NCBI GenBank assembly: GCA_050084515.1
Contig: CM114271.1
Location: 8,866,001-8,930,000, forward strand
Origin: Blasia pusilla
Taxonomy: Eukaryota
Length of the DNA: 64,000 nucleotides
Direction: 5' to 3'
Part shown: piece by piece, positions 13,444 through 26,600 of the stretch
Layout of the letters: the number at the start of each line of letters is the position of its first letter
Numbering within the stretch: position 1 is the stretch's first letter
The notes under the pieces: generated by a model
What the model saw: only the letters and a program-made list of their open reading frames with translations
Databases searched by the model: none
Told to the model about the DNA's origin: nothing
Program-made: the position numbers and the translations under genes

Positions 13444-16400
13444 CTAGTAAGGTGCCCATGCGATACACGGGTACAAAGATGTCAATAAGAATAATTTTAT
13501 TGATTAGAGTATTTCTTTATACATCACGTTACGCGTGAAGTGTCCTTTTTCATTTGAAAGCGCATTACTTCTTATTGTGATATTTATTGCACTTTTTAGT
13601 CCTATTCTTGACAATGCTACATACAATTGACCATGAGAAAAGACAGATGTAGTCAAATAAATTCCTTTTTTCTTCAAGGTTTACCCTTCAGACTTATTGA
13701 TAGTCATGGCAAAAGCAGGACGAATAGGAAATTGAAATCTACGTAATCAAAAGGTAAACCTGAGTCTGATGCAATCAATGGGATGCGTGGAATAAAGACT
13801 CGATCACTAGTGTTTTTTCCTGTGATGATTTCCGTATCAATGACATGTTCCATGAATCCACGAATCACCACACGAGTTCCATTGGCTTGTCCCTTTGAAC
13901 CGTTCAAATTTGGTAAAAGCATGATAGGTGCACCAACTTTCAAGTTTAAAGGATGTGGTGGTAAACTTGACGGTAAGCAAGTATTTAAGAATTCGGTTGG
14001 ATAGATCTATTTCATTCTTTCATCCATAATGGAATCAACACTAAGGTGAGTATATTCATGCAAAGAGCAAAGATATGGTAATTAGGAAAATGAGATTAGT
14101 TTTCATGAATAATATCATTAAAGAATGTTTGAGGAGAATGATATGAATATAACCTCTCCATAGAATCGAGAAATGACTTCTGTATTGATGTCGTCAACAT
14201 CTCGATTTTTTGTTGTAAGAATTGTTGTATCTCTTAAAAAATTGATGTCACGAAACTTTTCATAATCATTTCCGTAGATAATGTCAATAAGGTCATTTAA
14301 TTTTCTTACTCTTGGTCACCATATCATTTGGCAATTGTATAAAATCCCCTCTCCTAAGTGAGATTGCAAAGGCACACGACCCTTTGTAACCTCCAACAAC
14401 CAATCTGCAGAAGCTTGTTGTTGTACACACATGTTCACTTCCAATTTTTGAACCCTCATATTTGTTGTAAGCTTCATTACCTTCACATGAGACCATAAAG
14501 TTGATCTCTTTAATGTAGCTTGAATAATTTTTGGACGATCTCCACGAAGAAAAACTGGCAAGACTTGGCAAAAATCCCCACCAAAGACTATTAATTAGCC
14601 ACAAGACCAAACATTCCTCAAGTTTTTGGAAACCACTTCCATGATATCTTGAAAGGACCGATTTACAGCCTCAAACGCATGGCGATGAGTCATAGGTGCC
14701 TCATCCCATATGATAATCCAAACCCTTTGAATTAAGCGCGCAACTACGCTATTAACAGGTAAACTACAAAAAACGTATTCAAAGATGTAAATACTTTTGG
14801 CAACATATCTCTTTACCACGCTAAAAGAATTACAAATTCATTAAGTGGTAGATCACTTACTTGCAAGTAGAATTTTCATCTATGTTGATGGGAATCTTAC
14901 ACAATGGACCTATCCTCAACCTCATCCGACACCGTGGGACAAAGTTACACTCAAGACAGTCCGTTGGCTCCTACGCCCTATCCATGATAGATCTCGACCT
15001 ATCGGCTACTCAGATGTGACAGAATCCAAGATCCAGAACCTAGGGTGTTTCACACAAATGAAAATCTTGAAGATATGGGCTCCGAGGAAGGAATACAATC
15101 ATTAGTCGAGCTTGTATCTCCTTCTTCCTCCTCATCTTGGGATAAATCAACGTTAATACTTTCATTAATATGTTCTACTATAGGTGTGGATAGAACTCTA
15201 GATACACTCTCATCTAACACTTGCCTAACATCCTCAATCGGTATAATCATGTACTTATTGTCCACCTCCTCATAAAAAATGGGTCTTGGGACATAGCTAT
15301 CACTCGAAACTTGTAAGACTTTAATTATCCCAATTTTTTCCAGCATACGCTCAAGTGCTTCTTCCACGAGAGGCACGTAAGACTCACCATCACTACCTTG
15401 CCTCATCATTTATAAAATAAATGATGAGGCAAGTTAGTGATTCGATCGCTCCAACACTTCTCCGTCACAACCTCTAGTCACTACCTCGTTGCTTGAGCAA
15501 AAGTCACAACACAAAGAGCAACAATCTATGCTGAAATTGATAAGCTAGTACCACTACTTACGATGATAGACCACCAAGAAGACGAGCTATGGACCCATAG
15601 CCTGATACGGATCCAACTCACCATAATTCAGGTGAATTTTGGTGAGCTGAATCTCAATTCCAACTCTGCAGGTTACACTACGAGAATCTCAGATTATCTC
15701 TGGCATTAGTGCAAGCATAGTTCAGAGGAGCTGAAAGTGTACCTCTATTGCTAGATCTCTAGATATGTGTCTTACGATTCCCACCTGGTTAGAATGTCTA
15801 GCCAAAGTTGTGATTCTTTGTAGACGTTTGATGTTCTACCTATTTGTTTTCTGTCTATCATCGAAATGGAACCAGCTTCAGCCTCGTTCCATTCGTTCGG
15901 ACGAGTCAAACAAGCAACACTCTGTTAGTCTAATGTTGACACAAAACTGGCTATAAAAAATACAGAGTTAAAATCTAAGATAGAATGTGTCTTACTCATG
16001 AATTTGAAGCAATCATCCTTTTCGGCACGAATCCATAGCATCAAATACAAAATTTGCTAATGAACTCGTGCGTTCCTATTGCCATGGTTAGGCTCTTGTG
16101 GTATGGGCTTTCCTTTGGACATCGACTGTCCGTGATGCTCATCAATGCGTTCACAAGGTTGAAAATGTAAGGATAAGGATAAGGAGAAGCATCGGCTAAT
16201 TGCGGTTATCGATCATCGGGGTGGAAGCTTTTTCCTGCCACATTATAAAATTTCGAAGCTGCTCCACTACAACTTTTCATTTGCTTCGCTCGATGTGAAC
16301 ATGGCTTTTCGGATCGGAATACAAATCTCACCTTCGGATCGGAACAGGGCTTTCAGATCTCACCTTCGAATCAGAACACAAACCTCACCTTCAAATCGGA

Positions 16401-16864
16401 ACACAAATCTCACCTTTGGATCCGAACAGGGATTTTCGGATCTTCGTCTCTTCGTTCACATAGCCACACCTTCCTTCCACCCATGACTCCAACTTGCCCT
16501 GCTCTCCAACTTTCACCCATATCTCCTATAACTTTCCACAATTATACGAAAATTACTACAATAACTATTGTACCAATTGTGCGGATGAGGGCCTCACAAG
16601 CCTAGAACCACTACCATATGCGCACTTGTGAGAGCCGAAGCCTTGGAAAATTTTGTGTTGATGACCATCTCATAAGCCTCTAACCAATACCATATGCGCC
16701 TTTGTGTAAATAGAAGCAATGGAAAATTTTGTGTGGACCCCTCTTTCATAAGGTGGAATTAAATCGTGCTTCACTTCTTATAGAAAATGAAAAATGTTTT
16801 CAGAAAGTGGAAAATGTATTTCTGTCCGGTTTTAGTAACCCCTATGTTCGCTTCATAGTATAGA
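13444..16864 (-). mobile_element. Internally deleted Helitron with intact termini
   Basis: On the minus strand: 5' A|TCTATACTATG at 16864, and a 3' hairpin GTACCCGTG-TATCG-CATGGGCAC followed by CTTACTAG|T at 13444. The target is A|T and it contains a PIF1 helicase remnant. Confidence 0.85.
13530..14785 (-). pseudogene. Helitron PIF1-like helicase C-terminal remnant
   Basis: IIIWDEAPMTHRHAFEAV, FGGDFCQVLPV, LKVGAPIMLL.NLN...NGTR, AFAMTINKS, VFSHGQLYVALSR; frameshifted. Confidence 0.9.
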
Positions 16865-16944
16865 TAACTGTAACCGGGACAACATTTAATACTTAAAAAA
16901 AAACTTTTAAAATACGGTGACGGCCTTAAATGTCCGGCTCAAAA

Positions 16945-16953
16945 AAACCCTAA
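16945..16953 (+). promoter_or_regulatory. Telo-box (AAACCCTAA) upstream of RTF1
   Basis: Exact motif ~620 bp upstream of the ATG; common in plant housekeeping promoters. Confidence 0.4.
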
Positions 16954-17565
16954 AGGAGTTGCAGTACTAACACCCGAAATCAAGGACGAATTTTATCAAC
17001 CGAAATCGCCGTGTTACGCAAGGAGAGGTGTTTGCGATAGCGAGAAGGCACTCTCCCATAGTAGATTGTCCACGATTGCTTCTAATTGGACTATGATGCG
17101 TGTTGAACTCATTCAAACTTTCCAGAAATGCTCTCAGATTGCATTTATCTCGCGCGCTCGTCCTCGAGGTCACGACTGAGGCGCAACGGCGGGGTAAAAG
17201 CAGTGGTGGAGCGACGGAACGAGAGGGCGACCGCGGGAAATGAGGGACACTATAGGAGAGAGGAGTCTCGTGTAGCAAGAAGGGCCGAGATGGGAGCAGA
17301 TTGGTTGGTGGTGGTGAGAGCTAGAAGTCTGAGCGAGTAGGGAGAAGAGCGGAGAAGATTGGGCCAGGGAGTAGTGTGGATCGACAAGGGGCGTTACCGT
17401 TGTCTGAGTGATCTGAGGAATTTTGGTGGTGTAGCGGTTTGCTACTTTTCGCAAGCCACAGCCATGCATTTCTGAGGAACTGCGGGCTGTGTGATCTATA
17501 TTTCTTCGGGAAAACTATCACATTCAAGCTTGTTCTGCCCCACAGAAAGAGAGAGAGAGAGAACT

Positions 17566-19482
17566 ATGGCGGACGCAGCTTCACTCGATGATATGCTGCT
17601 GGAGGCTGCGGGCAGGTCGAAGGGTGGGCACAGTGATGGGAAGGGAGGTTCTTCGAGTCGACCACCTGCCAAACGTAGGGGTGGTCCTATCAATGATAGC
17701 AGTTCAGAAGATCGGAGTGAGTCTAAATCGGACAACGATTTCTACGACGATGATGATTATGAGAGAGGGGGTTCGAGTCGGAAGGTCGAAGGGTCGAAAA
17801 TGCCTCTCAAGAAGAGGTTTGATTCTGCAGACAAGGATGGTGAAGAAGGGGATAGAGATGGATACGAAAGTGACATTTCGTTTGGCAGTGATTTGTACAA
17901 AGATGACGAAGATAGAGCTCGTCTTGCTTCGATGACGGAACTCGAGCGGGAAATGATTTTGCACGATCGTGGAGAGGCTAGGGATAATTTCAAGATGAGA
18001 AAAGATGCTGGTGCGCGACACAGCCAGGTGCAAAGTAAAACTGCAAAGCCAAGAGAGAGAGATGTTGGCCCCCCCTCCTCTAGAATTCGTTCTTCCCTTA
18101 GAGAATCAAGAGAGATTCCGCGGACTTCCAAGGAGAACGCTTTGCATGAGCTTGTGCAGAGGAGAAATAGGGCGCAAGAACCCGAGAGGAAAAACCGTGA
18201 TTCATCAGCGTCTGCCTCTAGGGAAAGAGACAGACGATCTTCTTTACGGAAGTCGCGCAATAGGAGCTACAGTGATTCGGAGTCTGACAGTGAAGATGAC
18301 GACGAGAGTAGCAGAGAAGGAGACGATCGCAGCGAAGGACCTGGGTCTGATGATGATGATATGCGTAAAGGTGAACCAGACGCTGAAGTGAACGACATCA
18401 AGAGCATCACCATTCGGCGGTCGAAGCTTCACAAGTGGTTCATGGAACCTTTCTTCGAAGAAGTTATAGTAGGATGTTTTGTGCGAATTGGAATTGGTGT
18501 GTCAAGCTCCGGTCAAAGTATCTATCGAGTTTGTCTTGTGAAGAATGTGGATGCCAGAGACCCCGAAAAGCAGTACAAGTTCGAGAATCGAATGACTTAC
18601 AAGTACTTGAATTGTGTATGGGGGGACGAGGGTTCGGCTGCGCGTTGGCAAATGGTAAGAGCGTCTGATCAGGGTCCCACAGAGAAGGAAGTCCTTGACT
18701 TGAACAGGGAAATAGAGAGATGTGGTGGCAGGAAACTTACCAAAGCGGAAGTGCAAGAGAAGAAGGAAGCAATCGCGAAATGCAGCTCTTTCGTTTACTC
18801 CGCAGCAACTGTGAGGCAGATGCTGAAGGAGAAGCAATTGGCAGCTTCACGTCCGTCTAACTATGCGCTGGAGAAAGATCGCATAACGAAAGAGTTAGCT
18901 GGGGCCGAAAATAGAGGGGACCATGGCGAGGTAGAGAGACTCGAAGCCAGGCTCAAAGAATTGGAGGAGTTTTCATTGCAGGTAAAGAGTAAGGATGCTA
19001 AGGCTTTGGCCTTAGCAGAGATGAATCGGCGCAACAAATTTGAGAACTTCAAGAATGCTTCTGACTTGAAGCCTGTAAATGTTGATGCCAAGGCTGGAGA
19101 AGCAGGCTATGATCCATTTTCCCGCCGATGGACCAGGTCCCAAAATTATTACAAGTCGGATGGTCCCAAAGTTGAAGTAGAAGCTGATGAGCCCGAGGCA
19201 GTAGAAGGCGTAAAACCCGTTGTTAATACCTCCAAGCAAGTTGCAAGAGTGGCCCCAGTTGATGGAAAGACGAAACTCTTTGCCCTGCATGACTTCGATG
19301 TAAATATATCGCTGACACCCATTCAGCAAATGGGGAAAAGTCAAGGAGCTCAACTCGCATACATGGCTCGGAAACAAAAACTGGAAGCTAGCTGTGGAGC
19401 CCAGGTGGATAGCAGTGACGGTCGACGACACACATTAACGCTCACAGTTAATGACTACAAGCGGAGGAGAGGCCTGCTTTGA
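17566..19482 (+). CDS. RTF1: PAF1 complex subunit RTF1 homolog (VIP5), Plus3 domain, 638 aa, intronless CDS
   Basis: N-terminal LDDMLLEAAGR, DLYKDDEDRARLASMTELEREMIL, Plus3 domain (ITIRRSKLHKWFMEPFFEEVIVGCFVRIGIG), DPFSRRWTRSQNYY and C-terminal LTVNDYKRRRGLL. First ATG is at 17566. Confidence 0.95.
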   Translation: MADAASLDDMLLEAAGRSKGGHSDGKGGSSSRPPAKRRGGPINDSSSEDRSESKSDNDFYDDDDYERGGSSRKVEGSKMPLKKRFDSADKDGEEGDRDGYESDISFGSDLYKDDEDRARLASMTELEREMILHDRGEARDNFKMRKDAGARHSQVQSKTAKPRERDVGPPSSRIRSSLRESREIPRTSKENALHELVQRRNRAQEPERKNRDSSASASRERDRRSSLRKSRNRSYSDSESDSEDDDESSREGDDRSEGPGSDDDDMRKGEPDAEVNDIKSITIRRSKLHKWFMEPFFEEVIVGCFVRIGIGVSSSGQSIYRVCLVKNVDARDPEKQYKFENRMTYKYLNCVWGDEGSAARWQMVRASDQGPTEKEVLDLNREIERCGGRKLTKAEVQEKKEAIAKCSSFVYSAATVRQMLKEKQLAASRPSNYALEKDRITKELAGAENRGDHGEVERLEARLKELEEFSLQVKSKDAKALALAEMNRRNKFENFKNASDLKPVNVDAKAGEAGYDPFSRRWTRSQNYYKSDGPKVEVEADEPEAVEGVKPVVNTSKQVARVAPVDGKTKLFALHDFDVNISLTPIQQMGKSQGAQLAYMARKQKLEASCGAQVDSSDGRRHTLTLTVNDYKRRRGLL

Positions 19483-22400
19483 GACCTGCAGTTTGACTTA
19501 TCGAGACCTACATCACTTGGAGTGGATCCACGACTTGTGCCAGTGGAATAGGAAGATAAAAGTATTTTCTGATCCGAATGTAGGCTTTAATAGCTCGTTG
19601 GCGTGGACGTCCAAGCAGGCTTACAGAGTGGTGGGGATTTCTGACAGCAACGTTGGGGATTACAATCTAGGCAATGACACCACCTTTTTTCTGATTGGCT
19701 TCACGAGAGTTGTCTCGGCAGCGATTACAGGTTTTTCACAAGTGGATGAAAGTTTTATTATGTCAGCGAGGGAAATTGCCTGCAGCTTGTTTTCCCAAAA
19801 CATGTGTTCTTGAGATTTTTAAGCATTTGCGGATGGAAACCTTCAGGCGGCCTGTTGCTGCCAAAGGAACTCTGAGGATTATAACATAGACCCCTGTGGT
19901 TGTGGGATATTTAGAATATTGAAAAATTGCATATAAGCGACTCCACCGATGGGCTTCTCCAAGCTTGGGAGAGCCCATCCTTCCAGTGCAGCTGGTCTGG
20001 CAAAGAAATCAATCTGCCTCCAGCCAACCATCAAAGGCTTCCTAAATTCTTGGCTTGATTGCCTGCAGGTCTGCACCAGATTTAGAAACGGTAGTGTTAT
20101 GTTGGATTTGACCTTGTATCGACCAATGTCATGGTGATACTCAGCAACTTATGTGGCACTGCTTAGACTGGAATTGCACTTGCAAGGTCTGTGTGGAAAT
20201 TCTTCTAAATGACGTGGAAAATGATGGTGAGAATTATACTGAGGTAAGCACAAATTTCTGATCTCGTTGGGAGACTGCTACTGTAAAATTGTCAGACATG
20301 TTCCCTGCAGTTTCAATACACCTGGAGAATTATCTGAAGGAAATCAGAGGCTTTTGTGTAAGTAGTCCCTCCAAACAGAGATTGACATTTCCAAGTTTGT
20401 GTTGTATCAATGGAGAACAGGTTTGAGTATCAGCAAAGTCAGGGAGATCAGTGCGGCTAATCAATATAATCTCCCACACTGGCTTACTGGCTTGTTTGCT
20501 AAGCCCAAAGTGGTTGCCATATTACAAATGACGGCAATGTCCTGCACTTTTCTGAATGGGAACATAAGTGCTCTGGAAAGGTCTGTTGTCTAGAGTGCAG
20601 AAACATAGGGTCCCACATGTTGACCTCTTTTCATTGGTAAATTGTGAGGTCATCAGGTTGGGCCAGTTACTAGTATGAGAAGTTAAAACTATTCCGTGAC
20701 CAGGCTAGTTTTGAGAAGTCAAGCCCCCCACCGCAGACACTTAATTTGGTGTCTGTTTTGTTCATTGCTGTCTGTGGCCTGAAATCTGTTGCCTTTATTG
20801 CGGTGTAACTAGACTGGGTTGTCTTCTGTGCAAGGGAAACTCAAAACAGACCATAGTGCATTGCAAGGAATTTGGGTAGTGTTACAATGTGCTGTAATCT
20901 GGTAACCCTCCAGTTCTAGGTAAACTCAAACAAGGACTGACTATAGGGTAATGCAAGGAATGTGAGGAGTATGACATCCTGTCTTGAAACCAAGTAATTA
21001 ATGGCATGCCACGAGGGTACCTTACAATAGAGTCTGCTATGTCTAGCAATTCGAGGGAAGAAACTTTTCCATTGGTGGAGTGGAATCCTACTCTCGTATT
21101 GGCAGGAAGTGTGTTTAGATTTGTGGTAAGTGCCGTTTGGCAACTGGAGGGGAGAATACTTTCCACTGTTGGAGTGAACCTTTACTCTCGAATCGGCAGG
21201 AAGTGTGCTCAAATTTGTGTTGAGCGTCTATGTGATGTACAATCCTACATCGTTTAGTTTGGCTCATTGTCTTCAGGATTCTTTCAGCTCTAAAATGGAT
21301 GTGCTTTCCACCTACTGCTTGTCTGCTTGTAGGTCTTTTTAGCTGCTCTGTGAATTTGGCCTTGTCTTTACTTGCGTCAAGATTAAGGTAGCTCTTGCCA
21401 AGCAACTTCCCACAGCTATGCTGGAGCCCGTTGAGTAGCATTGGTCACAATTTTGGGCAGTTACTCTCTTTCTTGTTTACAGGGATAATTTAAAGATTTT
21501 AATTTGACATGGAAAATTGCAGTTATTCTCTTGTACTATTCTGCTCAAGACTTCGAGCTTGATATAAGGTGCTTGAAATTAAGAGCAAAAGGAGGCCGTC
21601 AAGACTTGATGCAGACCCAACCAAATCCCAATTGGAGTCCTAATGGGAATATCCAGCTCAGACTTTCGGTGCTTAGAAGGACGTAAGACTTTCAAGTCAG
21701 GATCCCAATATAGATTTACCCTACAAATTTTCCTACATACATCATTATTTGTATTAAAGCAGATTTAGTGATCTGACTGAGCCACATCACTGGAGTTCGA
21801 ACTTTTGTGTGCCCACTGGTTAGAATTATTCAGTGCCCTAGGCATCGTAGCAGAAAACCTGAGGGTGAATCGGAGTAACGTTGAACTGGTCCCTCGGGGA
21901 GTTTAGGTATCTTATGCCATGTTGCGGAGACCACTTATATCATTTCATTCTTACTTTTCCAGAAACACGGGAAAGTAACAATTCGGAATTCGTGCACCTC
22001 ATGTTCCATTGTAACATCATAAGTATACCACTGTCAGGACGAGCTGGTTGTCATCCGTAATAAAATATGTGGCATCCATATTTACTTTCATTTTGGCATG
22101 TGAAAATCCTGGTAGCAAATGATATGGCATCCATATTTACTTTCATCATGGGAACTGAATATCCCTGTAGCAAATGATGTGGCAAGGTTCAACGGAGGGT
22201 GCAAATATTTTATGGCATCCCATGTGATTGTACCACAACATAAACACTAGTGCCGTGAGATGCATGGAGACAAAATTTGTATGAAGAGTGTATTTTAGTG
22301 AGGGTATTAATGATGCTGCAAGTTCAAGTGCAATTTTTTTCTTGTCCAATTATCACTAGTTAATAGGGTTTTAAAAAAACAGGTGTCAATAAGATTTTTT

Positions 22401-23837
22401 TAATTGTGTTAAAATTTTCAAATTTTATTTAATTTTAAACATTAAATAAAATTTCCACTTTTTTAAATCTTAAAAGAGTAAAAAAATTTCAGCTTTAAAT
22501 AACACCCATCTCCCCTAAATAATTTCAATCCTCGGTAAACTAATTTCAAAATTTAGGTATAATTTCCATTCTTACAAATCTCAGAAGAATAAAAAAATCA
22601 CTTTTAGATAATATCCATCTCCCCTAAATAATTACATTCTTCCCTAAGAGTTCCAACAAAAATTATTCTTCCTTTTCCATTCTTCCCACCAAAATCCCAT
22701 TCACTAAAAAATTTCTTAATTAATTTTAATTTATAAATTTTTTTCCTTTCCCAAAATATCACACGTGAATTAATGAAATTAATTTTAAAAATAATAAAAT
22801 AATTACTTTCAAATTTTAAATATAATGATTATTTTTCTAAAATCTTAGAAGAGTAATAACATTTCACTCTTTTAAGTAATTACAATAATCTATTCAAATT
22901 TAAATGATATCCCTATCCCCTAAATAATTTTAACCTTCCATAAAATATGATCTACTCCTTCTCCATTAAAATTTATTTTCCCTTTCCATCACATGTGAAT
23001 CAAGACACAAGTTCTAAATTTTTTTCTTTATCATAATTATCTAAATTTATTAATATTTATAATCACCCATTATAATATTAAATAAATTATTTTTATTTAA
23101 TAAAATAATTTTTTCTATTTCATTCAAATCCTTATGGGTTTTTTCTACTTGGACTATTTCTACCCAAGTAATGTGGTTCAAATAAAAAAATTCAAACATG
23201 TTGATTATTATTATTTGAATGCCTCCTCCCGTACCTCTAAAGCCTCGTTATTTGAATACCCCTCCCCTTAACCGTCCCCGTACCCCCTCCTCTGCCATGT
23301 GCTAAAATCTCCCTGTATCGCCACTGAAAAATCCCTTAGACACGTGTCATAAGGGGAAGGTTTCAAAACGCCTACGTGTCCTTAAGGGAGGACGGGGTTC
23401 TCAAACCCCGTCCATTATTTCATTGGTCCATGACAAAGGTTTAGGATGGGTTATTTGAAATAGATTATGCATCACTATCCTCGCATTTTTTAATTGACGC
23501 CAACTACAACTAAACTCCTTCAGTCGCCAATCAATGATACTCCTAATATTGATAGGATTCAATTCCCTTCATTAATATGGTGGTCACGCGCGGAACGAAG
23601 CATTTACATCGGTGACAATATGTTGTTGAGTGATGTGGTATGGCTTCATGATCAAGATGATGTGGTGCAGCCTCAAGAAACACAATGTGGCAATCAACGG
23701 CCCGTTGCGGATACAGCCTGCATAGCACGATAATCGTTGAACGACAAGGGGGTATTAGTCTCTAAGCATCGTAGAGTAAGAATAAGAACCAAAACCCATA
23801 GAAAATCATTTGGTATTGCTAGATGGCCAATGCCCAA

Positions 23838-26600
23838 GGGGGCTGGTATCTTGGCAGGAGAGGAAGAAAGGAACGTCGCTCTTAAAAAAAAGGACAAAAT
23901 TCTTAACCTCTCTTCAAAACTATCTTCTATTTTTTAATATTCTCCTCTACTTGAAATGCAAGAAATGTTTACAAGAGAGTTATTAGGGGACCATGTTGGG
24001 GCTAAAACTAACTTTGTTTTTTCAGACGAGGATGTGAAGGTGAAAATGTGAAGACCACTTCAGACATGCTTAAATCACTCACTCTATAAGCCAGTGTTTC
24101 TCGGGCAGGATGGTATGTCATCCTTGCATAACCGTTAGGAAGGGATTTTATCACTACAAAAAAATTGTCACAAAAATCACAAGTGCTCAAAATACACTTA
24201 GAATATGGGGTCAATAGAAGGTATTTAATCCTCTTGTTTGAAAATACAAGTGAATAAAGTGCACTTAAGGAGTGGAGGGTATCAGACTTCTCAATAGATG
24301 AGAAGATTATAGACTCTTAATCCAAGACTCCCATCCTCATTCCCAACACTTTGTCAGAACTCAACAACCAGTGTTAATAGTCTTGGAGATAAAGGAATTG
24401 AAAAAGAGGAGAGGTGATTTGATGATAGGCGCTTACTCACACACTCCATTATTCCTGCATGTTGCAAGAAATCCTGAATGGATACTAAAGATGGACTTGG
24501 ACTTGGAAGAGAGGGTACATAATGTCGACTTGGAAAATACATAAGGAGTAAAGAACCTTGTTGGGTTTGTGGAGTCTCATGAGGGTAGATGAGGCATCGT
24601 AGTGGTCAGTTTATCACAGATCTCAGAAGACAGTCCTCCAACATTTTGAATTCAAACAAGTTCCAAGAAATGAGTAGTAAAGAGATAGTGTGGATGTGAA
24701 GTTGGTACCAAATGGAGGATTGCAATTTTACTAACAATAACTTAGAAGACTTGGAGGTCACGAATCACTTATAAGACTTGGCTAACTAATGACTACATGG
24801 AGTCTTTAGAAGGATGATGGGCGTTTGGCAACCGTGGTTAAACACAAATGTTAGAAGTGAAGGAAGTCAACAAGAATGCCTAAAGGAAGGAATGAGAGGA
24901 AACGAGAAGCATTCAACCAACCAATTTGTCGGAATCCGATAGGTTGCAAGATTTCACAAGTGAAGAATTTTTTGCATTAAATAAAAAATCAGAGATTGGA
25001 GAAAAGAAACAAAGAATTAAATGAATAGAAAGAGCATCATCCAGACATGCGACCTGTCATAATCCGACAGGTCGCAAGGCATTCCCAGTGCAGAAAAAAT
25101 TGGAAGACATGAAAAATCAAAGGCAAGAATACTAAATGAAGGAATGAGAAGAAAGAAGAGGAGCATTCAAACAGGTTGCAATATGTCATAAGTGAAGAAA
25201 TTCTTGCAACACATGAGAAATCATATATTAGAATAAAGAAAGAGAGAATGACATGAATAGAAGGAAATAATCCAGACATGCAAGCAGTCGAAATCCAATA
25301 GGTTGCCTGATAGGATGTAAGAAAAAATAAGTAAGAGAAAATAAGGAAAAGAAAGAAAGAATGAGGTCACCAGAGACACCGCTCGCAACTTTTTGGAATT
25401 CGACATGTTGCAAGACATCACCACTATAAAATTCTAGGAAAAAACTTGACATACATATGAAGAAATGATAGGAAGCACACAAGTTCCATTCAGACATGCA
25501 CCCCGCAGGAATCTGATCAGTTGCAAGACATAACAAGTAGAGAAAGAGTTGTGAGACATGATTCCTTAGGGGTAAGGAAAAGGAAAGAACGAGGTTACAA
25601 GAGACACTTCTCGCAATCTATCAAACTTTGATAGGTTGCAAGACTTGACTAGTAGAAAATTTCATGAAACTACTTGGCACACATATTAAGAAATAATAGG
25701 AAAGAGAAAGGTTCCATTCAGACATGAAACTTGTCAGAAACCAACAAGTTGCGAGACATTAGAATTGTCCACAAGAAGTTACCATGGACACTATGTGCAA
25801 CTTGTCGGAATCTGACAAGTTGGAGGCAATGTCAAAAACCATACATGGAAAAGCAAAAAATGAGTTTTAATCTCTCAAAATTTGATAGGTTGCAGGCACT
25901 TTCAAATTTTGAGAGATTGAGCAATTGGTGGTGACACCATCATCACTAGCTATAACTATAAAAATTGGGCGGCAAAGCGGGCGGTGATTTTGGAAGAGCT
26001 CTCTAATGACAAGTAAGTGCGTTGGTTTAAGAAGCATTTTGGAGTTGGACTCCAGTGGTTTCAAGCAGAGGAACACATATTTATTCTATATAGGTGTCAC
26101 TTTGTAGAGCATGCAAAATTACTTGCGAGGTCATGCGTTGGGACAAATCTCGGATGACATGGAATCAATATGATGCATGTGTATTGTTGTGGAGACGACT
26201 TGTAAACTCCTATGTGCTTGTCGTAATCCGCCTTGGCCTCTTGGCACAAGGCAAGTAGTTTCCTCCTTGACTCAAGGCAGAGAATATTTCGTCCGCTCTG
26301 CCAAATGGCTCTAACACTTGCCCTCGACAAGCCCACCAAATCAATAACCAAGTCTCCAGGTGGCGAGTAGAGCTCCATTAGGATATGCATTAACGCTAGG
26401 ATTTTTCCCTTCCTCCTAGTAGAGCCACATTCTGGTCGAGATAAATTCTCAGGGGCGATTTGTACAAACTTCTCGATGTGTATCCATCAGGGGAAGGATC
26501 AATACGATCCTCGATCTCAAAAACCTTGAATCTATGCTCCGGCCTCACAAAACAATACACATAGGAATACTCGATCTACACATAGAAAATGGGCACAAAG
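23838..26600 (-). mobile_element. Older degenerate relative of the ParB-MTase Mutator-like element (one arm only)
   Basis: Terminus GGGGGCTGGTATCTTGGCAGGAGAGG at 23838 is the inverse of 41313 and 10333. 24313-24372 matches ~41077-41137 inverted. Decayed 27-bp palindromes at ~24920-25925 and an MTase-like exon. Right limit uncertain. Confidence 0.7.
26190..26575 (-). pseudogene. Paralogous last exon of the N6/N4 methyltransferase-like gene
   Basis: IEYSYVYCFVRPEH...ALMHILMELYSPPGDLVIDLVGLSRASVRAIWQSGRNILCLE, closely matching 31212-30830 and preceded by an AG acceptor at the same position. Confidence 0.75.

Noticed and set aside
17491-17565. ORF-track N-terminal extension of RTF1
   Set aside because: It uses a GTG start and crosses a GA repeat; the conserved protein begins at ATG 17566.
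22356-23464. Possible non-autonomous Helitron (TC...CTAG on minus strand) in an AT-rich tract
   Set aside because: No convincing 3' hairpin; such short termini occur by chance.
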